A stretch of 64,000 nucleotides of DNA from Octopus bimaculoides (lineage: Eukaryota). Under the pieces are notes generated by a model. That model saw nothing but the letters and a program-made list of their open reading frames with translations. It made no database searches and was not told the DNA's origin. Position 1 is the stretch's first letter. Each line of letters begins with the position of its first letter. Positions 12,527 through 25,383 of the stretch are shown piece by piece. The translations under genes were made by a program, and so were the position numbers. Where the stretch lies: contig NC_068982.1 of NCBI RefSeq assembly GCF_001194135.2, positions 128,712,906 through 128,776,905 on the forward strand, read 5' to 3'.

Positions 12527-12832
12527 CATATGGACTTCTGGCCATTGTAGCATCCCTAGTTTCCAAAGGTTCACTCTCTCCAATTTTGTTTTCAGCAATC
12601 ACTCTGAAGTGATACATGGTTCTTTCTTGGAGATCCCTAACACAACAATCTGTGGTGTCAGCACGAACTTTATCGACCTTTGACCAGTATCGAGCAGACT
12701 CGGGACGTTTTTCTATGATGTATCCAGTAATAGGAGAACCGCCATCATCAGATGGTGCTTTCCATTTGATGCTGATAGATTTACGCTGGACATCGGTAAC
12801 AGTAAGAGGACCAATTGGTTTGGATGGAACCA
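12527..12832 (-). CDS. FN3 exon D57, class A
   Basis: VPSKPIGPLTVTDVQRK...MARSPY; 306 bp. Confidence 0.9.
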
Positions 12833-13010
12833 CTGAAAGTAAATTCGTAATTTATATAGACATCCTTCTTTTGATATTGGATATTTATTTTAAAACTTAA
12901 TACACATTTAAGCATTACAATAATTAAATCAAAAATACATATTTCTTTTGTTTCTTTACATTTCAAAGGTATTAACTACATTTCAATTTACAATTTAATT
13001 AGTTACTTAC

Positions 13011-13313
13011 ACAGGCCTTTCTTAGTTGTAATTGCTTTTGGTGTTGTAGCTGGAGGACTGACACCAATATCATTCTCAGCTGTGACTCTAAAGAAATAAT
13101 CCATGTTTTCATCAAGCTTCATTGCTTTACAATAAGTTTCAAGTGAAGAAACTTTGGTGAGTTTGACCCATTTGTCTGGTTCTCCTGAGGAAATTTCAAC
13201 GTTATAAGTTCTGATTGGAGTACCTCCATTGTTAACTGGAGGATTCCATTCTAATTCTATGAAATTTTCGCCAATTCTTGCTGCTCGTAAGTTAACTGGA
13301 GCATCAGGAATAG
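13011..13313 (-). CDS. FN3 exon D56, class B
   Basis: IPDAPVNLRAARIGENF...TKKGL; 303 bp. Confidence 0.9.
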
Positions 13314-13823
13314 CTACAAATAAATTTAGTAAATACAAATTATAAAATAAAACATGAATATAATGGATGAATATAAGACATCAATAGAAGGGATATTCAG
13401 TTAAATATTGAAATGCAAATAAAAAATTAGGTAAACTTTAAAAAAAAAGTAAACAATTTTAAGACATTATAATGCCTTAAAATGTTACAGTTGTAGAAAC
13501 ATTTCTAAACTTCATTGCATTAGTATAAACCCTATGTTTTACATTGATCCACTTCTTAAATTTTCTAAGTTTATGAGTACTGTATCATATACAAGATGTC
13601 AATATTATAATAATTCTTATTACTCAACTCAGACAACTGAGTAGCTTTACTAGAGGTACAATGTCCAGTCAGTAAAAATATTTGATTTAATGAACCTTCA
13701 GCTACTTATACAGGATAACTAGTTATACAAAGATACAGGAAAAAAGACAGAAAATCTAATACAGTTTCCTCTCATTTTTTAAGAAGCCATATATATCTGA
13801 AATATTGTAATTAAGTAACTTAC

Positions 13824-14129
13824 TTAATTTCTTCATTGGTTTTATTAGTTCTTTCGATTCAAGAGGTCGACTGTTTCCTTCAGAGTTCACGGCTATTACA
13901 CGGAAATAGTATTCTGTTCCTGGGATCAGGTCTTTAGCAGTAAATTTAGTTGTATGTGCATCAACTGTACCTGCTTTAGACCAGGTGCTTCGGGTTACTG
14001 ATCTATATTCAATCAGATAACCTGTAATAGGAGAGCCACCATCTTTTTCGGAAGGTTTCCATTCAAGATCTGCTGTATGCTCTGTGACTCCATCAATTAT
14101 TAATGGGCCAACAGGAGGAGATGGAACAT
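13824..14129 (-). CDS. FN3 exon D55, class C (absent from the ORF track)
   Basis: Manual translation VPSPPVGPLIIDGVTEHTADLEWKPSEKDGG...KPMKKL; 306 bp, no stops. Confidence 0.88.
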
Positions 14130-14387
14130 CTGAAAAGTTGTATAGTTAAATAATTTTAATAGAAATAAAGTTCAATTTATCAAAAGGTATGTACACATTT
14201 ATTTATTTCATATTATGTTTGTTATTTATACCATAACTGAACAATGAGTAAATATTTGAAAATTAAAAAATACTTGCTAGAAAATAGATTATAGAAGTAG
14301 AGGGAAAACTTAAAGAAGTATTTAACATGTTGTTGGGTTCTTCAGCATTGTAAAAGTTTAAGTAGAAAACAAAATAACAATACATAG

Positions 14388-14557
14388 AGACAAAAATGTA
14401 AATTTTGAATGCAGCATAGCTGTATAAACAACAGAAAGATTGGGTATTTTACCCTTATAAAATGGAAAAACTATTTTTGTCTTATAAAGGTAAAAGTACC
14501 CAATATCTTTCTGCTGTTTTCACAGCTCTACTGCATTTGAAATTTACTTTCTTGTCT
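14388..14557. repeat. Imperfect inverted repeat, ~70-bp arms and ~20-bp spacer
   Basis: The left arm ...aatgcagcatagctgtataaacaacagaaagattgggtattttacccttataa matches the reverse complement of the right arm with scattered substitutions. Confidence 0.8.
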
Positions 14558-14943
14558 GTAAAATACCAAACACATTCGATGCTTCCAAAGTTTGTTTATA
14601 AAATGTTGTTGCAATATAGAATTAAATAACAATAGTTTGCAAATCAATCTGCTGGTTTCTTATTTTGTGAAACATATTGTGAACAAAAGGGAACAGTGTC
14701 TATACATCACACTGTTGTAATATTCAGGTAGATGGTAATTTACTGACTGATGTATGCAAAAAAACCTCTTAATGAATCGAAATTGGCATCTAAACTGGAG
14801 AAAGTAAACAAAAACCTAACAGTAATTCTTAAGTAACTTCCAAAGGCAAGGGAAAATAATTTCAGGAAATTGCAAATTGTTTCCTGGAAAATTGAATCTA
14901 CTTGATTAAGAGGCAAGTTGTTAGTTCCCTTCCTTTTCCAGCT

Positions 14944-15035
14944 TTAATCCTTTAGAATTTAGATCGGCCATATCTAGTCCAAAATATTTTACCCATATTT
15001 ATGTCAAAACTGGCCAGATTTGGCTTCTTCACAAT
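14944..15035. mobile_element. Partial degraded copy of the same MITE family
   Basis: ttaatcctttagaattt...ggccatatc...aaatatt...agatttggcttc resembles the left half of 56458-56545. Confidence 0.5.
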
Positions 15036-15236
15036 GTCATTGTAATGTAAACAATCACATCATCAAAAATCCCCAAGTTATAAGCTAAACGTTGTGGAAT
15101 GAACTGTGTTAAAAATGAAAGACATTAATGTTTTATGCAAATTCTTAGTTTCACACAAACTTCTTATTTTAATTTGTACATATATCAACTTTTTAATTTC
15201 CAAAGAAAATTTATTTTTAAATTGAATATTAATTAC

Positions 15237-15542
15237 CACGAGGACTTCGTGCTAATGTTGCTCCCTCATCTTCCAGAGGAACACTCTCTCCAACATTGTT
15301 TACAGCAATAACTCGGAACAAATATTCAGTTTTCTCAAACAGCTTTTCACAGCAATACTGCAAGGTATTTGCTGTAACTTGTTCCATTCTATTCCAAAGG
15401 AATGATGATGGATGCTTTTTCTCTACTATGTAACCAACAATTGGTGTGCCACCATCATTCTTAGGTGACTTCCATTTGATTGTGATGGAAGTTCGTTGTA
15501 CATCAATGATATCAAGAGGTCCAGTTGGTGCAGAAGGAACAC
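15237..15542 (-). CDS. FN3 exon D54, class A
   Basis: VPSAPTGPLDIIDVQRT...LARSPR; 306 bp. Confidence 0.9.
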
Positions 15543-16441
15543 CTAAAATAGAAAAGAACATGATTCAACTTCTTAGCTCTTGTCCCAATCAAGGAGGAAC
15601 ATAAATTCTAGCCATAACCTATACCTTTATGAAGGTATATAATTTGCTATAAAGGTAACTTAATGACAAATTAATTCTATTTTAATTAGAATATAGATCT
15701 TGATTTTTAATTTTAAATATTCACAATTTAAAATATACTAATTAAACTTAATTAATTTGTAGATGAGATTTTATTTCTTGGTCTTTAACTCTTTTAAAGG
15801 AACATATCTTGGCTAAATGTAAACTACTGGTGATGTAAGTCTTTCAAGTTAACAATTCAAATTTAATTAATAAATTTCAAGTAATATGTAGGTTTACGAT
15901 GACTTTAGTAAAACAAAATATATTTAAAATAAAATCATTTTTTTGTTTTATTTTGCCTAATCTTGTATTTTGGAAATTTGTACCATATTCCTATGCAGAG
16001 AATTAACTCAGATGGAAAAAAAATGACTTCTGTAGCTGATTACTCTAAAATTAAACTGCTCAGCATAGGTAACACCACATCATCAGTATTGATGACATGA
16101 TAAATAAATATAGTGCTTACTGTTATATTTTAATGAGTCTTCAAGTTTAACACCACCTTTTGTCCGTGGGCTGCCTGTAGCAGAATTTACTTTACTGCTT
16201 GTGAAACAATGGGTTCTGGTTAACAAAAATTCCACCTGTGCCTTCCTCCAGATAGTTTTGTAGATAATTAAAATGTGCAAACAGAAATGGTTTTCCAGAG
16301 GAGGCCTACTATTGAACAGAGTATCACTCCAAAGGGCAATCCTTCAATTTTTATTATTTAAAATTTAAAAGGTGATAGATTGCTATTAGTTTATGTCTAA
16401 GGCTAGAGATGTTAAAATATTTTTGGAATTGTGTTACTTAC

Positions 16442-16744
16442 TCATTTCCCGGGTTGGCACAATAGCATCTGTAGTTTCACAGAGTTTTCCAGGTCCAGCT
16501 TTATTTTCAGCAAAAACACTGAAGTAGTAAGGAGTGCCTTCTTTCAAACTGGTAACGAGATTAGATGTGTCCACACCATCCACTGATGTAACACGAGTCC
16601 AGTCATCAGTGCGATTTTTCTTCTGTTGTACAATATATCTTGTAATCTTGCTGCCACCATCATCTCTTGGTGGTCGCCATTCAAGTTGCACAAAGTCACA
16701 GCCAATCTTAGTAGCATGTAAGTTGATAGGAGGTCCTGGAGGAA
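16442..16744 (-). CDS. FN3 exon D53, class B
   Basis: PPGPPINLHATKIGCDF...VPTREM; 303 bp. Confidence 0.9.
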
Positions 16745-17215
16745 CTGCACAAATAAAAATAACAAAATAGTGGTCAACATCAAATTTTTAAAAAAAACAT
16801 TAACTTCTATGAAAAAATAATTTACATAAAAAACAGATCCATAACAGATTATTTAAATAGTGATTATAAAATCACAATACACAGATTATTTTCAAATTAG
16901 TCAAAGTTGAAGTTAGAAAAAATTTTCTTTTTAATTTTAAGATGCAAATGAAGACATGATTTTAAAAAGGTTACAAATAAAATGGAAGTTAAATTGCAAA
17001 TATTTTCTCAAAGGAAATAATTATAAGAAAAAATTGTAATTCTAACAAAAATATTAATTGTTAATTTTGGCCACAAATCTAGCAAAGACCAAAATTATTT
17101 TTTTGTACAAGTACATTTAAAATTTTAAGTTATGTATTGCACTTTAAATTTGTTTTGATATAACAATATCGATAGGAAAATATTCTAATTCAAAATGCAA
17201 ATTGAAAATATTTAC

Positions 17216-17521
17216 CTATTTCCCTAGTTGGTTTTGTTGTCTCAGTTGTTTCTAAGGGTGGACTTTCTCCTTCTGCATTAACAGCAATCACACGGAAGTA
17301 GTACTCAGTTCCTTCACTTAAGCCTTGAACTCTGGCTACAGTAATGTGTGGTTCAACTTCTGAAGATTTATGCCATGTTAAGCGTGAGGCATTTCTGACT
17401 TCAATTATATACTTCGTAATAGGACTACCACCATCGCTGTCAGGATTTCTCCATTCAAGATCCACGTAATCATAGGAAACTTTAATGACTTCCAATGGAC
17501 CTTTAGGACGTCCTGGTACAT
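17216..17521 (-). CDS. FN3 exon D52, class C' (YVDL)
   Basis: VPGRPKGPLEVIKVSYDYVDL...KPTREI; 306 bp. Confidence 0.9.
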
Positions 17522-18145
17522 CTAGAAATAAAAAAGAAAATTTTATATGTTGTAAATGAAATAAATAGAAACTGAATTTGTAAGCACGAATTAAATTTTG
17601 GATGAATAATTATTTAAAAAATTGTAATTAACCCTTATAAAACAAGTCATTTTTGTTTTCATGAGAATATTTCACATGAAGGTGCAGGCATGGCTGTGTG
17701 GTCAAGCATTTCATTTTTCAACTCAGTTTTGAGTTTGATCTATGTGATTACTTGAGCAAGTATCTTCTACAACCATGGGTCAGCTAATATTTGTGAATGA
17801 CATTTGTGAATGACATTTGGTAGACAGACACTGTATGGAAGCCCATCATGTGTGTGTGTGCGTGCATGTGTCTGTGCATGCATGTATGGGCATGAGTGTT
17901 TGTGTTTGTCTTTGCAACTTATTTGCATTGATATCATTTGGATAGTGTTAACATTTCTTTTTGCATAAACAACATGCTGCACAATTTGGTGGTTCAATAT
18001 GCAAAAAAGACCAGTGGAAGAATATATTTTACTTGAAAACAGATAACAGTTGGAACCAGGTAGGGAATCTGGTTGTAGCCAATAGTCTCAAGTATTCTTG
18101 TCCAACCCATCTCAGCATATTAAAAAATGTAGATGTAAAAACAAC

Positions 18146-18238
18146 AATGATGATGGTGGTGGTGGTGGTGGTCATGGTGGCGGTCGTAGTGATGATAATG
18201 ATGATGATGATGATGAGGAGGAGGAGGAGGAGGAAGAG
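18146..18238. repeat. Compound trinucleotide repeat (GAT)(GGT)(GAT)(GAG)
   Basis: Read directly; intronic. Confidence 0.95.
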
Positions 18239-18280
18239 GCAAAATTAGAGTCGTTAAGACAAAAACAAAATGACACTTAC

Positions 18281-18586
18281 TGAATGGACTCTTAGGCATT
18301 GTGGTACCATCAGTATGCAGAGGTTCACTCTGACCAATTTTATTTACAGCAATAACTCTAAAGTCATACTCAGTATTCTGTGTAAGATTTTCAACAGAAT
18401 AACTTGTAACTGCTGGTGGTACTTGTTCCACCAGGTTCCAGTACTTTCTATTAGCCTCTTTCTTCTCAATAATAAATCCAGTCAACGGAGATCCTCCATC
18501 GTCTTCTGGATGTTTCCAAGCAATCGAAATAGATGTTCTTTCGACATCAATGACTTTCAGTGGTCCGCGTGGCATTGACGGTTTAT
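18281..18586 (-). CDS. FN3 exon D51, class A'
   Basis: KPSMPRGPLKVIDVERT...MPKSPF; 306 bp; AAG acceptor. Confidence 0.9.
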
Positions 18587-19469
18587 CTTTAAAATAGAAA
18601 TCCAATATGTAATTAGGAAGTTTTTAAAATTATAAGCATTATTTATATGATTTTAAATTACTGTTAAAAGCTAAGGTACAAAATGAGATGCTTTGGAAGA
18701 AATAATTACTTTAGATGGAAATGTGTATGTGTGTGTGTGTATGTGTGAAAGAGAGAGAGAGAGAGAGACACACAGAATCCAAAGAGACTGGTGCTGGTCT
18801 GCACCACCAAGACTTGTATTATATAGTGAAATTGACAAAAAAAAAAAAGTACCATGAACTTGCCATGGGAAGTGGATAATCCAGTGTTTAAACAAACTCT
18901 TGTCAACTGTTCACTGCAGAAGGATTCTGTCAGAAATGCTGGATTTTCCACTCCCCGCAGCAAAACAAGTTTAATGTAGTCTTTTTGCTGATTCTATGCA
19001 ACTGTTATTCATTTATATCAAATTTCATTAGAAAATATAAAAATAGTTCGTTCTTCTTAGTTTAAAGCTAAATGTATCTCAAATTGTTTTTTTGTTTTTT
19101 TTTACAATTATTGAGTGTCTTTTCTAGGAACACAATGCATTGCAAAGGATGGTTGAGATACTTACTGGTGCACTAAGATGCAACCAGTTAGAACTTATTA
19201 ATAAAATAAAGCATATTAATGTGATTATTGTAATAATATCATTATCTGCAATAATATTTTATGATTTGTCAGAAAACAAGAAGTTAGAACTTAACACAAG
19301 GTTTTCCTTCTAATTTCACAAGTTTCCTAGTTTAAAGTAAGTTACTCAGGCTTGAGAAATGAATCCTGGAATATGTTTTGGCCCAAGAAAGAATTCAATT
19401 GTTTTAAGAAAAACCCATAAATATGAGAGGGGAAAGGCTTCTATAGTTATTACAGAGTTATTACAACTT

Positions 19470-19750
19470 GCTGGGGCTGCCTGTTGGAGCCTAGAAGCAG
19501 GTATTTAAAGGGAAATTTGACAAAACAGTCAGTTGGCTGCTGACACTCGTTGACGCTGCATCGAAGAAGCCAGGGAACAGAAGAAAGAAGACATGCACTC
19601 AACACCAGAGCTGAAGACACCTCCGAAAGGAAGGGCCCCCACCACGTCAAAACGGTAGAGGAGTAGGGGCCGAAACCGGACGTGGTTCCTCCTGATGATG
19701 TCCTGAGCTAACTGGATCCTATAAAAGAGCTGTTGTGGTAGCAGACCACA
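19470..19750. other. GC-rich structured insertion of unknown type (possible solo LTR or Penelope-like terminus)
   Basis: Sharp GC rise, TATA-like motifs at 19502 and 19720, and several complementary segments; no family recognised. Confidence 0.3.
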
Positions 19751-19930
19751 AAACATGGTTGAAATTCCTCCTTAATACTTCACTTGTTGTAAAGTTAATA
19801 GTTGAAATAAACTGATGGGTATGAAATTCCAAAAGAATGAAATTCTTGGAAATATAGAATAAGTAAAAAAATTAAAAATAAAAGATCATCTGTATATAAG
19901 TGACATTTAGTTATTAAAAACAATACATAC

Positions 19931-20233
19931 CAAGTGGTTTTGATAATGTCACTGCATCATCCGCTTCACATGGTTTGCTTGATCCAATTTTATTTTCAGC
20001 AACGACTGAAAAGTAGTAGTTGATGCTTTGCTTGAGCCCTTTCACTGTTGCAACATGTTCACGTCCACTAACGGAAAGAACATCAGTGGCAACATCAGTG
20101 GGTGATTCTCGCCTTTTAAGCGTGTACTGAGTAATTCTTGAGCCACCATCGTGTATTGGTGGTTTCCATTCTAAAATAGCATAGTCTGACCCAATCTTTG
20201 TGGAGCGGAGGTAAATTGGAGCATCTGGTACAT
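19931..20233 (-). CDS. FN3 exon D50, class B
   Basis: VPDAPIYLRSTKIGSDY...LSKPL; 303 bp. Confidence 0.9.
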
Positions 20234-20523
20234 CTGTAAACATGAATGATTTTAAGTAAATTTTCTATCCACAATAAAACAAAAGACTATGTAAGCTAAA
20301 GTATGCAAATACATTTCTCACCACTCTGAATATATTTGTACATAGTAAATATGCAATTGTATATTTACTATTTATTAACAACTAATAAATTAATACAGAG
20401 AGTTTGAAAAATTGTGCATAAATTTTGTAAAATTACAAGTAAAAACAATAAGTGTGGTATTTTTCTTTTTAACAAGTTACAAGTAATTTGAATCTGTATA
20501 TATTTTCTAAGATATTGACTTAC

Positions 20524-20829
20524 TGAGTTTCTTAGTTGGTCTTGTAGAATCAAGAGTCTCCAATGGCAAGCTTTGTCCTTCTTTATTAACAGCCATAACA
20601 CGGAAGAAGTAGTCTGAATCTTCCATCAAATTTGTGACATTGAAAGTGGTACATTTTGCATTACATGTGCCTGCTTTAGCCCAGAATGTTCTTGAAGCCA
20701 ATTTGTATTCAATGATATAATTAATAAGTGGACTACCACCATCTTTTTCTGGTGCTTTCCAACTTAAATTGGCTGAATTACTGGTAACATCTGTTACTTC
20801 TAATGGCCCAATAGGTCGTGATGGGACAT
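20524..20829 (-). CDS. FN3 exon D49, class C
   Basis: VPSRPIGPLEVTDVTSNSANL...RPTKKL; 306 bp. Confidence 0.9.
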
Positions 20830-20913
20830 CTGAAATATCAAAAGTTTAAATAAGATATCATCAATATTTTATTTAAATATTAAGGATATTTAAATAAATA
20901 AATATTTAATTGT

Positions 20914-21160
20914 GGAGGCACGTGGCTTAGTGGTTAGGGTGTCAGCATCATGATTGTAAGATTGTGGTTTTGATTCCTGGACCAGGCGACCCGTTGTGTT
21001 CTTGAGCAAAACACTTCATTTCACATTGCTCCAGTCCACTCAGCTGGCAAAAATGAGTAATGCTGCGATGGACTGGCATCCCATCCAGCTGGGGAACACA
21101 TACACCATTGAAACCGGGAAACTGGGCCTATGAGCCTGGCTAGGCTTTAAAAAGGTGCAT
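20914..21160 (+). mobile_element. tRNA-derived SINE
   Basis: ggaggcacgtggcttagtgg (A box), ggttttgattcc (B box), then ttgtgttcttgagcaaaacact...ccactcagctggcaaaaatgagta. Confidence 0.75.
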
Positions 21161-21247
21161 TTATTTTTTTTTAATATTTAATTAAATAAATATTTAATAA
21201 TTTAAATAATAATTTAATGATTGTTAATTATCAGTATTATTAAGACA

Positions 21248-21450
21248 ACAAGCTGACAGAATCATTTGCATGCCAAGCGAAATGTTTAGCCGTGTTTCGT
21301 CTACTGTTATGTTCTGAGTTCAAATTCTGCCAGGGTTGACTTTGCCTTTCATCCTTTCAGATGAATAATAAAGTGCCATTTGTGCACTGGGGTCGATGTA
21401 ATGGACTTAATCCCTTCCGCCAAATTTGAGGCCTTGTGCTTCCAGAATAA
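21248..21450 (+). mobile_element. Second SINE-like family (ctgagttcaaattc...gactttgcctttcatccttt)
   Basis: The core motif recurs inverted at 30860-31045 and 39420-39520. Confidence 0.6.
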
Positions 21451-21522
21451 AGGATTATTTATTATCATTATCATCATCATTATTATTAGAAAATAGTTTT
21501 TAAAATGTAGAAAGCTTCTTAC

Positions 21523-21828
21523 CAAATGGACTCTTTGCTAGAGTAGCATCCTTTGTCTCCAGAGGTTCACTCTGACCAATTTTGTTTTCTGCAATCACTC
21601 TAAAGTGATATTCAGTTTTCTCTTCAAGTTGACTTACAGGTAATGAAAGAGTCTTTTCAGACACTTTATCCACTTTTGACCAATATTTACTTGAAGCAAC
21701 TTTCTTTTCAACAACGTAACCAGTAATAGGACTACCACCATCATCTTCTGGGGCTTTCCATGTCAATGTCATAGAATTGCGTTGAATATTTGTAACTTTA
21801 AGTGGTCCAATAGGTCTTGATGGACAGA
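21523..21828 (-). CDS. FN3 exon D48, class A
   Basis: CPSRPIGPLKVTNIQRN...LAKSPF; 306 bp. Confidence 0.9.
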
Positions 21829-22656
21829 CTAAAATTAATGCAAAAAATAATAATAATAACAAAACACTTAATCAAAGTATACAAATATTCTAAATCTTTA
21901 ATTCAGAATAACTTTAAATAAATTACAAACTGATCTTAAGAAATAACAATTAATTACAGCTAAGTAACAATATTTAAGCATTGTTCTACAAGAAAAATTT
22001 CACTAGAAAAGGAATTCAATGTAACATTTCTGAATAAGACAAATAATGTTGTATTCAAAAGAAAATGCTATGAAGTAATACAAGATAAATTCTGTTTTCT
22101 ATATTCTATATTCATTACAACTAAAATTATTATTATCATAAAAATTCAATTATGAAAGAAAAGAACTACAGTACTACAGTGGAATTTTAAGTCACAAAGA
22201 ACACTGTTAAAATATTGTGCAATGAAATACAAGGATTCTTTTAAGTTTCTCTAAAGTTTCAATTTTATGTCTTCTTTTCTCATTTTCATTTCATCATTTC
22301 TTTCATATTTGGTCATTAATAATAAAATATGAGATTAATACTCATTTCTTTGATAAAAACTTAAAAAGTTTCCCAAAATGAAAGCAGTGGTAAATAACAG
22401 TCATTAAATAACAGTCAATAACCAAGTCATTGGATTTGGCTACTAGTCCCATTGTAACTAATGTTAACATATGTTAACATTTAAATTAAATTATGAACAT
22501 ATTTTTATGATCAAGGATTAGCCTTGCCTTTAATATTATATAAATCATAAGAAAGTTCCAAAATGTAATAAAAGTTAACTAGTAGTAAAATATAAATACA
22601 AAGTTCTAAACATCTTATTCTAATAACATAATTAATCAAAAATGTATAATACTTAC

Positions 22657-22959
22657 GCAATCCTTTCTGAGTAGTTACTGCATTTTTCATTTCACATGGT
22701 TCACTTTTGCCAACTTTGTTAACGGCTTCCACTGAAAAGTAATAATCTGTATTTTCAGACAGATTGCTTGCACGGCAATAAGTCTGGTAAGAAGAAACAG
22801 AGGCAACTTTGGTCCAGTCATCCTTTTTAGGTGATGACTTTTGGACAACATATTCTGTAATTGCAGACCCGCCATCCGAGAGTGGGGTACTCCATTGTAA
22901 ATCAACGAAATTCTGTCCCACTCTATTTGCTTCGAAATTCACTGGTGGACCTGGTGGTA
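22657..22959 (-). CDS. FN3 exon D47, class B
   Basis: PPGPPVNFEANRVGQNF...TQKGL; 303 bp. Confidence 0.9.
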
Positions 22960-23544
22960 CTGAAAATATATGAAAATCAAAGAATATTGAATATCTAAAC
23001 TTATAAAGAAACTAAAAGAAAAGTAACAATTCTAAAACAAAAAAAGAAATGTATATGTTTATGTGTGAGTAACTGTGTATCAAAGGTAAAAAAAGTAAGA
23101 AGCAAATATTGATAACAACTTAATAATCTTTGGAATGAAAGCAATAAGCATATACTCCACATACACAAAAAATAAAGTATTATTGAAGTTTTTCCCTTTG
23201 ATCTTTCAGACCCAGACAGTGATTCAATCAATTGAACACTCCTTCAGATTGAAGGCTTTTTGCCAAAAACAAACAAAAATTGATACATTTCATTTAGAAT
23301 TGTTAAATGGATAAAGTGTATTCAAGGTTGAGAAGTAGTAAAATGTTAAATAGAATATAAGCTATAATATGGAAGTCCAACAGAAATTATTTTGTAGAGA
23401 AGAAAGAATAATTTCAAGAAATTTATGAATGTGTGATTTAAATTGTCAACACAGAGTCTGGTATACTGTTTGAATTCAAACTAAATATATATCTGAAAAT
23501 AAATTTACTGTTTTACAACAAAACAAAAATATTTGAAAACTTAC

Positions 23545-23850
23545 ATAATTTTTTCATTGGTTTGGTAATTTCTCTGGATTCCAAAGGTGCACTATTGCCT
23601 TCAGAATTAGTGGCAATGACTCTGAAGAAATATTCAGTGTCAACACTAAGATCTTCCACAGTAAATGTAGTAGTTTTTGCATCAACAGTTCCAGCCTTTG
23701 ACCATGATGTTCGGGTAATTGTTCTATATTCAATGATATAGCTAGTGATAGGTGTACCACCATCACTTTCAGGTGCCTTCCAATGCAGGTCAGCTGTACT
23801 TTGGGTTACGTTATCAATAACCAATGGACCAATGGGTGGAGATGGAATAT
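23545..23850 (-). CDS. FN3 exon D46, class C
   Basis: IPSPPIGPLVIDNVTQSTADL...KPMKKL; 306 bp. Confidence 0.9.
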
Positions 23851-24210
23851 CTGCAAGTTAGAAAGCAAGGAAGACTTTAAAATATCCTTTCAAACAATTT
23901 AAATGAATTTTAAATGTCAAACACTTTGTACACATTTTCAAAATACAAATGCTGTTTAATGAAGGTAGTCTCACCAATTAAAGAAAATTATTCTAGTTTT
24001 GAAATTGCAGGTGTTATTAATGGTGTCAAGAATACATATAATTCTGACATAGATTACATTAAGATACCAGGTAAATTTAGCAAAACTGTCTAACACATTT
24101 ATAGCCAAGGGTTTCAATTTAAATTCTGCTGGAATGTATTCAGTTACTTTACTTATAATTAAGAATTTGAAGATTATATAATTTTAAATGATAAAATAAT
24201 ATGATCATAC

Positions 24211-24513
24211 CAAATGGACTCTTTGCAACGATTGGTCCATCACTTTCAAGAGGTGAACTGTTTCCAATCTTGTTAACAGCAGTCACTCTGAACATATATT
24301 CAGCTTTCTCATATAAGTTAGTCAAAGTGCTTTTCAATGTAGATGCATCAACTTCATCAACACGACTCCAAACCTTAGATTTTGGATATTTCCTTTCAAC
24401 AATGTAGCCAGTAATGGGTGAACCACCATCATCTTTAGGTTCTTTCCATTTAATACTGATTGATGTGCGCTGCACATCAACAATTTCAAAGTCTCTTGGT
24501 CTGGAAGGAACAG
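24211..24513 (-). CDS. FN3 exon D45, class A
   Basis: VPSRPRDFEIVDVQRT...VAKSPF; 303 bp. Confidence 0.9.
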
Positions 24514-25383
24514 CTGTATGGAAAAAAATAATGATATAATTATCACTATTAACATCATTCACATTTCATTTTTTAATTTAGTAAGTTGGAGAAATTTGAA
24601 CAATTACTCTTTTCTTAATTGACTCTTCCATAATGGTTTCGTTGTTATTAGCTATTCATAAAATGTGAACCACTTGTCTTGTAGGCAAGATTAACAGTTG
24701 AATTTCTAATCTTATCCACTGAACTAAATTTTTTTTAATTTCTAGTTCATGGTGTCTTTACAGTTTTCAGATTTTCACTACTTATTGTCATAAGCAATCC
24801 GTTAATGTTTTAGCACCAATAAATATTAATATCATAACTGACTCTACTAACAGTTGTAGATATGAATTGTGTGTCAATAGTAGAATAATCAAATGAAGGT
24901 TAAATGATGATTATGACTTCATTATTGACAACTCACATCTGCTACAGTTAGTAAAATAATATATCAGTTTTGTTCTCATCAAGAATAATATATTAGCTGA
25001 AAAATTATATAAATTTTGTTCTGATCATTGTTATAATAAAGAAATAAAATTTAAATTTTGTGGTTTTATGACAGAGTTTAAGTGGATTGGCAGAATTGTT
25101 AGAGTACCAGATAAAGTTCTATCAATATATTTAGTTACATGTGTGCTCTATCATTTTCGGCTCAATAAAGTAAGTACTCGTCATTTATAAGGTCAAGTTA
25201 ATTCACTATATTTCCCATAATTTTTGGCCTTTTGCCTATGATGGAAACCATTGCTTAAAGAACTAGCCATATTATATAAAATGAATTTCCAAAGAAAATT
25301 ATATATATCTACTTTAAATTGATCACTGTCGTGTATTTACATGACATAAAAAGCATATTAAAATATACTAAAAGGAAACTTAC

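Noticed and set aside
3792-12870. The ~6-kb duplication as a pure assembly or haplotype artefact
   Set aside because: Four of the nine exon positions and several introns are strongly diverged and the domain cycle stays in register, which an allelic duplicate would not give. A local misassembly cannot be fully excluded without reads.
16083-16330. Slightly GC-richer intronic patch with a 65-aa ORF
   Set aside because: No recognisable domain, repeat partner or splice signals
19611-19698. Canonical hammerhead or HDV-like ribozyme
   Set aside because: The base after CTGAAGA cannot pair with the base before either GAAA, CTGATGA has no downstream stem II-GAAA, and the helix order does not fit the HDV fold; kept only as an unclassified structure
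20914-21000. tRNA gene suggested by A and B boxes
   Set aside because: No cloverleaf; it continues into a SINE body and is present in several diverged copies
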